Source: a candidate division WOR-3 bacterium (GTDB lineage: Bacteria; Hydrothermota; Tepidihabitantia; Tepidihabitantales; Tepidihabitantaceae). Taken from it: a DNA stretch of 64,000 bases. The notes beneath the pieces are model-generated. The model saw only the letters and a program-made list of their open reading frames with translations. It was not told the origin of the DNA and made no database searches. The translations under genes were made by a program, and so were the position numbers. The DNA lies in the NCBI GenBank assembly GCA_024653355.1, contig JANLFQ010000003.1, positions 74,944-138,943 on the forward strand, given 5' to 3'. Shown here in pieces: positions 57,010 through 64,000 of the stretch; within the stretch, counting starts at the first letter, position 1; the number at the start of each line of letters is the position of its first letter.

Positions 57010-58995
57010 ATGAGGAGAAGTTTGATAGAGCGAATGAGAGCGGCGGGGCAGAGGTTGTTCTGTCGCACCGGGTTGCTGGTGCTGGCAGGTTTTTTTGTTT
57101 TTTGTCCAGGACCGGATAAGACGCCACCCAGGGTGCGTATCGGTTTTCCAACAGCAGGTGATACGGTTTCGGGCGTTGTCACGGTGACAATCTATGCGAC
57201 CGATAATCGACGGGTTGAGCAGGTTGACTTTTTTGTTGACGATTCGTTGCGGGGCACAGCGGCACGGGTCAGAGATTCGGTTTTTGCGTTTAACTGGGAT
57301 GTGTCAGATTTAGTTGCGGGTAGTGAGCATACAGTTTTTGCGGTCGGTTATGACCGGGCTGGTAATTGCGACAGTTCAGAGGTGGTTGAACTGGTAACAT
57401 ACCCCTGGTCGGGAAGGCATCATCAGGGCAGGGTTGGAAGTGACGAGGTGTGGGCAGCAGGAGACAATCCCCATTATGTTTATGGCGATTTGATGGTTGA
57501 GGCGGTGATAACGATTGAGCCCGGGGTTGAGGTTCGACTGGCACCTGATGCCCGGATTGTGGTGGGAAGTGGAACTGGTGGTGGGTTAAGAGCCGAGGCT
57601 ACGGCACGGCAGCCAATCCGGTTTTTGAACGCAGTTGAAGGCGAGCGCTGGCAGGGGCTATGGTTTTTGAACAATGCCCGGTCTGCGGACTGTATTTTAA
57701 AGAACTGTATTATTGAACAGTGCCGGGGTGCGCTGTTGACGGTGAAAGATGCACGGGTTAAGGTGGAGAACTGTTCGCTGCGTAGTTGTGATGGGGAAGG
57801 GGTGGTTGCGCAAGGAAGGGCTTTTGCCCGTTTCAGCGGTAATGTGATTACCGATTGTAGCGGTTTTCCAATGGTGGTTGATGCCTCAGCCGCCGGAACG
57901 GTCGGCGATAACAACACCTTGCTCAACAACGATTCCAATTTTGTCCAGATTCGGGGTGGCGACTTTTTAGTGTCGGGCATCTGGGCAAATCAAGGGGTGC
58001 CTTATTTTGTGACCGGCACGGTGACAGTTGCCGGTGATTCGAGCCCGATTTTGACCATCGCTCCGGGCTGTTCTTTGCTTTTTGCCGACTCGGTGCGTTT
58101 TCGTATCGGAACAGGCAAGCCGGGCAGGCTGGTTGCTGATGGCACTTATGGTTTGATTACCTTTACCGGTTTTAATGGTTACTGGCAGGGGTTTGAGTTC
58201 TGGAATGCAACCCAGAGCCAGACGCTGTTGAAGAGTTGTGTTGTTGACCGGGGAGGTAAGAATGGGGTGGCGGCGATAATCAGTTATGTGCCGATAAACA
58301 TTGTCGGTAGCAATATTACCAACAGTGCGGCAGCCGGGATTTACCTGTTCAACTGCGGGTTTAATCAGTTCGGGTTCAATACGATTACCGGTTGCGCCCT
58401 TGCGCCTTTGCGGATTGAGGCGCCTTTTGTGGGGAGTTTAGGCTCGGGTAATCGGTTTTATGAGAACGGCAATAACTGGATTGATGTGGTTGCCGGTATA
58501 ATCACAAACGATGCGGTTTGGCTCAATCATCAGGCGCCGTACCGGGTTAGCGGCATAATTGGGGTCGGTTCAAGTTTTAGCCCGATGCTGTCAATCGGAC
58601 CAGGGGTGACAGTAATTTTTGGCAGCAATTCCGGTTTGGTAATAGGTGAAGTTGGTCCCGGTAAACTGGTGGCGATTGGCGAGGGCGACTCAATACTGTT
58701 TACCGGAGACAGCGCCAAGCCCGGAGCATGGCGGGGAATTGATTTCGGGACGCTGGGCGGACAGGGTTCGATTCTGGACCGGTGCCGGATAGTTTATGGC
58801 GGTGGCGGTGGTGCGCTGGGAATTGTTACGGTGCGCAACTGCAGTCCATCGATAATCAATAACGAAATCGCCTATTCGGGGAAGTATTGTATCGCCCTGT
58901 TCAACAGTCCCTTAGACCCGGATTTTTTGCGCCGCAACAACTGGCTGCACGATTGGAACGAGGAGTGCGACGATATTTACGACAGCGGTCCGTGA
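57010..58995 (+). CDS. Right-handed parallel beta-helix repeat protein with N-terminal Ig-like domain (secreted or lipoprotein)
   Basis: Signal/lipobox ...LLVLAGFFVFC; Ig-like VTVTIYATDNRRVEQVDFFVD; repeated beta-helix N..G/I..N turns; start 57010 or 57034. Confidence 0.7.
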   Translation: MRRSLIERMRAAGQRLFCRTGLLVLAGFFVFCPGPDKTPPRVRIGFPTAGDTVSGVVTVTIYATDNRRVEQVDFFVDDSLRGTAARVRDSVFAFNWDVSDLVAGSEHTVFAVGYDRAGNCDSSEVVELVTYPWSGRHHQGRVGSDEVWAAGDNPHYVYGDLMVEAVITIEPGVEVRLAPDARIVVGSGTGGGLRAEATARQPIRFLNAVEGERWQGLWFLNNARSADCILKNCIIEQCRGALLTVKDARVKVENCSLRSCDGEGVVAQGRAFARFSGNVITDCSGFPMVVDASAAGTVGDNNTLLNNDSNFVQIRGGDFLVSGIWANQGVPYFVTGTVTVAGDSSPILTIAPGCSLLFADSVRFRIGTGKPGRLVADGTYGLITFTGFNGYWQGFEFWNATQSQTLLKSCVVDRGGKNGVAAIISYVPINIVGSNITNSAAAGIYLFNCGFNQFGFNTITGCALAPLRIEAPFVGSLGSGNRFYENGNNWIDVVAGIITNDAVWLNHQAPYRVSGIIGVGSSFSPMLSIGPGVTVIFGSNSGLVIGEVGPGKLVAIGEGDSILFTGDSAKPGAWRGIDFGTLGGQGSILDRCRIVYGGGGGALGIVTVRNCSPSIINNEIAYSGKYCIALFNSPLDPDFLRRNNWLHDWNEECDDIYDSGP

Positions 58996-60270
58996 TTACA
59001 GTTCGCCGATAATCTCTTCGTAAAGCCCGAGCAGGTCGTTTTCAATTGCCTGAATCTCTACTATGCTGCGCGCCAGTTTTTGCTGGTTTTCCATGCTGTT
59101 GAGCGGCAGATGGGCAGCGGCAATCCCTTCCAGTTTGCCGATGATTGCCCGGTTGCGTGCCATCGCTTCATCAAGGAGGGCGGTTTTTTCTGGTAGCGCC
59201 TCTTTCATATCTTCCAGGAGCCGGTTGGCGCTTTCTTTGCTGGAAATCAGGCTCCAGACCAGCCGGTAGAAATGGTTGGTGGCAATATCAGCGCCCTCGG
59301 GACACATTGGAAATTGGCTTAACTTTTTTAAGATGATGTCGTAGGCTTCAAGTCCGGAGTGCCAGCCTGAGTCGGTGGATGCCAGACCCTGTTCCAGTGC
59401 CTTGTCAAGGACAGCGGTTAACAGGTCAGCAGGGTCCGGGCTGACTTTGCCCCGACATTTTACTTCATAAACCGCCTGAACCTTTTCCAGAGTGAGCGGT
59501 TGCTCCTGACCGGTGCCGATGGTGTAGCCGTAGATTGTGGAGTCGGGGGCATTAAATCGGGCGGCAATACCCCAGAGATAAGGATTTTGCGACCAGCCTC
59601 CCCAGACAAGTACCGCTTCGCCACGATTCAGGGCGTCTTTGAGCAAAGGGAGAAGCGCAGAAGACTTCTCATCAGCGGTTTCTTTATTTTCTGCGGAACG
59701 CCAGAGCTGTTTCACCGATAGTCCGGTAAGATTTTCCAGGTCTTCAAGATAGATTTCTGCGGTACCGTTATAACCCCAGGAGGCGCAATCTTCTTCTAAT
59801 ACATTGATTGAAAAGCTTTCGGTGGTGAGTCCGGCAAGCCAGTCGTAATAGCCGGTTTGACCAAAGTGTGCCATTATGTCTTCAAGCGCTTTTGCCAGAC
59901 TGGCAGAGTAGCGCCGCGCAATGGGTATGAATTCCAGTTGGCTGGCTTTTACCTCAAGGTTGATTTCTTTGCCGTCCCGCAACACGACCAGTTTTACGGT
60001 GCCGGTCTTGTCTTTTGCTCCGGCAATAGCCTGGTTCAGGTCGCTAAGGTCCGCGATGGGGTTTTCGTCATAGCTGATGATGACATCGCCCACTTTTAAA
60101 CCAGCAAGCTGGGCACCGGTTTTCGCCGGTACTTTCCAGACTTCCGGTTTGTCCATCACTGTGTAAGTGCTGCCCAGGGGCGTACCCTGAGGAGTGGAAC
60201 GACAGCCTATTAGCAATATACCACCAGCGGCGAATATCAATAGGGTTGAGGCTAAAACTGTTTTCTTCAT
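58996..60270 (-). CDS. Lipoprotein with PDZ domain
   Basis: Lipobox LLIGC; PDZ-like ...AGLKVGDVIISYDENPIADLSDLNQAI... Confidence 0.6.
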   Translation of the reverse strand: MKKTVLASTLLIFAAGGILLIGCRSTPQGTPLGSTYTVMDKPEVWKVPAKTGAQLAGLKVGDVIISYDENPIADLSDLNQAIAGAKDKTGTVKLVVLRDGKEINLEVKASQLEFIPIARRYSASLAKALEDIMAHFGQTGYYDWLAGLTTESFSINVLEEDCASWGYNGTAEIYLEDLENLTGLSVKQLWRSAENKETADEKSSALLPLLKDALNRGEAVLVWGGWSQNPYLWGIAARFNAPDSTIYGYTIGTGQEQPLTLEKVQAVYEVKCRGKVSPDPADLLTAVLDKALEQGLASTDSGWHSGLEAYDIILKKLSQFPMCPEGADIATNHFYRLVWSLISSKESANRLLEDMKEALPEKTALLDEAMARNRAIIGKLEGIAAAHLPLNSMENQQKLARSIVEIQAIENDLLGLYEEIIGEL

Positions 60271-60285
60271 CTCGCCTCCTTTGGC

Positions 60286-61314
60286 TTATTCTGGTTTGGA
60301 CGCTGTTATGGGCTCACCGGGCACAGATGCTGCCTCAACAGTTACGGTGAGTTCTGCCAGCGCCTGCGCCAAGTCTTTTAACTGGACCGCATTCAGTCCA
60401 TCCATAGCGATGCCGGACCAGATTTTACGGGCAAATGTGCCGGCGGAATAACATATCCGAACATCGGTGAACCCGATCTCTTCAAGCGTCTGTTTCATCG
60501 TTGCGCTGGTGAAGTGTTCCAGTTCGTACCAGGAACCGCCGGTGATGCGAGACTGGTTGCGCTCGAGAAACTCCAGCCCGATTTCGGGCGCCTGGGTCGG
60601 AATGGAACCGAGCCGTTCAATCAGGTCTTTAAGGCGGCGAAACTCCTCTTTCATCTCCGGTGTGGGCGAGAATTTAACAAGGTAACTTCGTTCCCAGGGC
60701 GGGCTGGAGTGCTTTAACACATAATGATAACCAAGCGCATCATCGGTTTCACTGACAAATACGCTTTCGATTACGCCTTTGCTGTTCTCGGCGAAAGTTT
60801 CAAAATAAACCCGGAGTTTGCCGCCCGGTTTTAAGACCCGGAAGATTTCGCGTAGCGCTTGATATGGGTCCGGCGTCTGTTCAATCGCGGTGGCAGCGGT
60901 GACGCCATCAAACGATTCGTCCGGGAATTCGAGGTTAAGGGCGGACATTTTTCTCACGGTAACATTTTTTAACCCGAGCCGCTCGGCGTTGGTTTTGGCG
61001 TTGGCAACCCGGCGTTCAGCAGCGTCGATGCCGGTTACCGATTCAAAGAAGGGCGCAATACGGAGCAGAGGCCAGCCATCGCCACAACCAATGTCAAGGA
61101 CCTGACGGGCGGGGTTGATATGAACAACAAAGTCCCGGATTAACGCTTCGTCAACGAAATGGCTTTCCTGGGTAAGGTCCTGGGGAACATCAAGGACCGG
61201 TAGCGCACCGGCAACTTTTTCCAATCTTTCATAAGTCTGCTCGGCGCTGTTTGATTCAACCGGTTTTACTTCATTAACAATCCAGGTTTCAATAACAGTG
61301 TATTTTTTGGGCAT
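60286..61314 (-). CDS. Class I SAM-dependent methyltransferase
   Basis: Motif I VLDIGCGDGWPL, post-I acidic residue; N-terminal ~100-aa extra domain. Confidence 0.8.
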   Translation of the reverse strand: MPKKYTVIETWIVNEVKPVESNSAEQTYERLEKVAGALPVLDVPQDLTQESHFVDEALIRDFVVHINPARQVLDIGCGDGWPLLRIAPFFESVTGIDAAERRVANAKTNAERLGLKNVTVRKMSALNLEFPDESFDGVTAATAIEQTPDPYQALREIFRVLKPGGKLRVYFETFAENSKGVIESVFVSETDDALGYHYVLKHSSPPWERSYLVKFSPTPEMKEEFRRLKDLIERLGSIPTQAPEIGLEFLERNQSRITGGSWYELEHFTSATMKQTLEEIGFTDVRICYSAGTFARKIWSGIAMDGLNAVQLKDLAQALAELTVTVEAASVPGEPITASKPE

Positions 61315-61372
61315 AAGCGGAGTTATAATAATCTACTATCCGCTGTTGTCAAGATAATTTGACAGTGGGGTA

Positions 61373-62182
61373 TTAGCGTGGTTTGCACCGCGGCGGTAGA
61401 TAGGCGGTGTCGGAACGGACAAATACCGGAACAGCGCGTTCTACCGCCGAACCAAAAACACCCAGCCCGCCCCAGAGATGGGTTGATTCAGGCACACTTT
61501 GACCACCGGCAACTAAACCACCCGCGGCAACCCAGTTAAAGTAGTTGGTATCCAGCGCCCAGAGATGAAGGGTGCAGGGTTTGGGTGGTGAGTCCGGCGG
61601 GGGCGCAACTAGATACAAGAAGAACATCCGGGCGACTTTGACCCGGGTGGAGTCGTAGTTCGGGGCAAAGGAATCGTTGGGAACGAGCAGGTCGATGTAG
61701 AAGGTGTCGCCGAATTCAATCCGATGGAAAGCCATATAGTAACCACGACAGTGCTGACTTCGGGTCCACACCATTGAGTCGTTGATTGATACCGTGTCAC
61801 CGGGACGGGGAAAGTTAATTTCAAACCCGCCCGGAACAACGGTTCTTCCGGTAACGGTGTCAAAATCAGGATGGGTGACGGCGATGTAGAATGTGTCACC
61901 CTCGTTTACGAAGACCGCTTCCTGAGTCTGATACAGGTCTTCGTTAACATAGAAGAGTTGCCATGCGCCATTTCTGGACCAGACCCGGGCAGAGGCATTA
62001 AGGAAGATGGGATTGTAGGGCTCATTCACCTTATAGGAGCGGTTGACTTTTGCCCGGACTGGTGCTATGCCGTTATGGAGCAGGCAGTGGATGCACATCC
62101 GGGGTTCAAACTTTTCACCGGGTGGTGTTTCGCAGGCGAGAAACAGGAGAACGAAGATAAAGAGTCCGGTGCAGTAGCGCAT
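61373..62182 (-). CDS. DUF4249-like lipoprotein
   Basis: Start at MRYCTGLFIFVLLFLAC (lipobox) rather than the longer ORF-track call, whose upstream part overlaps the receptor gene; stop/start spaced 1 nt from the receptor gene. Confidence 0.55.
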   Translation of the reverse strand: MRYCTGLFIFVLLFLACETPPGEKFEPRMCIHCLLHNGIAPVRAKVNRSYKVNEPYNPIFLNASARVWSRNGAWQLFYVNEDLYQTQEAVFVNEGDTFYIAVTHPDFDTVTGRTVVPGGFEINFPRPGDTVSINDSMVWTRSQHCRGYYMAFHRIEFGDTFYIDLLVPNDSFAPNYDSTRVKVARMFFLYLVAPPPDSPPKPCTLHLWALDTNYFNWVAAGGLVAGGQSVPESTHLWGGLGVFGSAVERAVPVFVRSDTAYLPPRCKPR

Positions 62183-62183
62183 A

Positions 62184-64000
62184 TCAGAATTTTGCCTTGA
62201 ATCCAAGTGTGGGCAGGATGGGCAACATATTAACCTGATGGCGTTCCAGAAGGCCTGTAGGGGAAACATCCCAGTAGTAGAGGAGAACGTTTTTCGCATT
62301 GTAGAGGTTGATGACATCAAGGAAGAAACTGAGTTCAAATGGACCGACTCGGTTGGGCACGTTTGTTTCCAAGCCGAGGTCAAGACGGTGGTAAATCGGA
62401 TAACGGAAGGCGTCGCGTGGACCGTTGATGAATTCCCAACGCTGTTCGGTACCACCGCCTGGTTTTTCGACCTGTTTCGGGTAGTAGCCGATGATGCCGG
62501 CGTAGGGTAAACCGCTGCCCAGAGTCCAGCGGAAAGTCAGGTCGATGTGCGGTAGAACCAGAACGGTGACGACAAGGTTTAGGTTGTGGCGCCGGTCGTA
62601 ATGGGGGAAGTAGGTTGTACCTTGAGTTGAGCGCCTGGTCCACATAAAGGAGTAGGCAAGCCAGCCGCTGATGTTACCAGCGGTTTTACGCAACAGAAGT
62701 TCGGTTCCGCACGAGTAGCCGTCGGCAAAAAGAAGCGATTCCGGCGGGGTGAAGAAGTCGCCGTAGCGGGTTTCAAGGAGGTTGTTGTAATCTTTGTAAT
62801 ACGCTTCCAGCTGAATGGTGATGTTATGACTGAACCATCGTTCAATTCCGGCGATGTAGTGATAGGCAGTTGGGGTTTTACGATTTTTCGGCACCGGTAC
62901 CCACACATCGTAGATGGAGAGAACCGGTTCGGTTGAATTTAAGGTGATAAGGGGCTGGGTGAATCTACCGAGGGCGATGTTGAGAGCGGTGTTTTTCTCG
63001 GGGCGGAATTTGATGCCCAAACGGGGTTCAGGCTCAAGACGGTTGCCGTTGGAGTAGTAGGAAATGCGCCAGCCGGGTTTAAGGAAAAGTTTTTCGGGCA
63101 GGATTTCCCACTTGTCTTCAAGGTAGAGGGCGAGCGGAAACAGGGTGTCGGGGAAATTGAAGTTGAAGGTGTCAAAGCGGATGTTCATTCCCATCCGATT
63201 TGCCTGTGCCTCAAGGCCGAAATTCAGGGTGTGCCTGTCCGCCGGGTAAGCGGTGAAGTCTGCCTTTAAGGTCCAGCTGGTGAGGTCGGTTTTCATCGTG
63301 ACATCGCTCGTGTTGGCGAAGTCAACATCAAACCGGGAGAAGAAGTTGCTCCAGGCAAACATCAATTCACCGTAGATAATCGGGGTTAATATTGCGTTCC
63401 CGCGCAATGAGATGCCGCGGTTGCCCCAGGGCAGTTTTGCCTTGAAGGTGTTGGGGTTTGCTGGGTCCCAGAAAGATAGGACATCTTCGGCTGCCAGACC
63501 AGCAAGGCTAAAACGGTAATCTTCGCTCGGGAGGTAGTTAACTTTTCCCATCAGGTCATAGAAGTAGTAACCCAAGCCCTTGACATCGAAAATCTTCAAC
63601 ATTAAATCGGGCAGGTAGGTGCGCCGACCAGCGATGAGGAAGGAGCCGTGCGGAAGCGGTCCTTCGGCAAGCGCTTTGGCGGCGATGACCGAAACTGAGC
63701 CGGAACCGGTGTAATTTTTGGAGTTGCCCTCGCGGGTGGTGACATCAAGAACCGAGGAGAGTCTGCCGCCGTACTTTGCGCCAAATCCACCGGCAAGGAG
63801 GGTGACCTCAGAAACCGCTTCCGGCACAAAAGGTGAAAATATGCCAAACAGATGGGATGGGTTGTAAACGGTGATACCATCAAGGAGGATGAGGTTCTGG
63901 TCAGGTGAGCCACCGCGGATATATAGTTTGTTCGAGAAGTCAGAGACGGTGATTACACCCGGCAGAAGCTGGACGGTGCGGAATAAATCCACCTCACCGC
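62184..64000 (-). CDS. TonB-dependent receptor-like outer-membrane beta-barrel, C-terminal part (gene start beyond window end)
   Basis: Alternating beta-strand pattern with aromatic girdle, C-terminal ...LGFKAKF (terminal Phe); ORF open to the window edge. Confidence 0.7.
   Translation of the reverse strand, partial: GEVDLFRTVQLLPGVITVSDFSNKLYIRGGSPDQNLILLDGITVYNPSHLFGIFSPFVPEAVSEVTLLAGGFGAKYGGRLSSVLDVTTREGNSKNYTGSGSVSVIAAKALAEGPLPHGSFLIAGRRTYLPDLMLKIFDVKGLGYYFYDLMGKVNYLPSEDYRFSLAGLAAEDVLSFWDPANPNTFKAKLPWGNRGISLRGNAILTPIIYGELMFAWSNFFSRFDVDFANTSDVTMKTDLTSWTLKADFTAYPADRHTLNFGLEAQANRMGMNIRFDTFNFNFPDTLFPLALYLEDKWEILPEKLFLKPGWRISYYSNGNRLEPEPRLGIKFRPEKNTALNIALGRFTQPLITLNSTEPVLSIYDVWVPVPKNRKTPTAYHYIAGIERWFSHNITIQLEAYYKDYNNLLETRYGDFFTPPESLLFADGYSCGTELLLRKTAGNISGWLAYSFMWTRRSTQGTTYFPHYDRRHNLNLVVTVLVLPHIDLTFRWTLGSGLPYAGIIGYYPKQVEKPGGGTEQRWEFINGPRDAFRYPIYHRLDLGLETNVPNRVGPFELSFFLDVINLYNAKNVLLYYWDVSPTGLLERHQVNMLPILPTLGFKAKF

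Overview
64-kb chromosomal window from a Gram-negative bacterium. T9SS-type C-terminal sorting domains, a DUF5683-like and a DUF4249-like protein and a TonB-dependent receptor suggest an FCB-group or related candidate-phylum lineage, but this cannot be assigned from sequence alone. The window opens inside an rRNA operon (3' ~1.7 kb of 23S, then 5S). A ~13.5-kb type IV pilus-like cluster follows: two acidic pilin paralogs, an embedded ABC transporter, three GspG-like pseudopilins, a PilM-PilN fusion, PilO, two PilP-like genes, a secretin, PilT and PilD. The rest is housekeeping genes (accC, valS, nth, CCA enzyme, clpB, glyQ, tRNA-Gly, tRNA-Asp) interleaved with secreted and T9SS-cargo proteins (serpin, C25-like peptidase, beta-propeller, beta-helix). 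The most unusual locus is a 1761-aa single ORF fusing a Ser/Thr kinase, a STAND-like NTPase, TPR repeats, a GAF domain and a sigma54 activator module. About 150 bp downstream of it lies a near-consensus sigma54 promoter, a strong Shine-Dalgarno site, an 18-codon proline-rich ORF and an intrinsic terminator. Other observations: near-consensus sigma70 promoters abutting start codons at several genes (leaderless mRNAs), and a ~43-nt motif shared by two long intergenic regions. No CRISPR array, integrase or transposase was seen. All calls are from reading the sequence and the ORF track; no database search was run.
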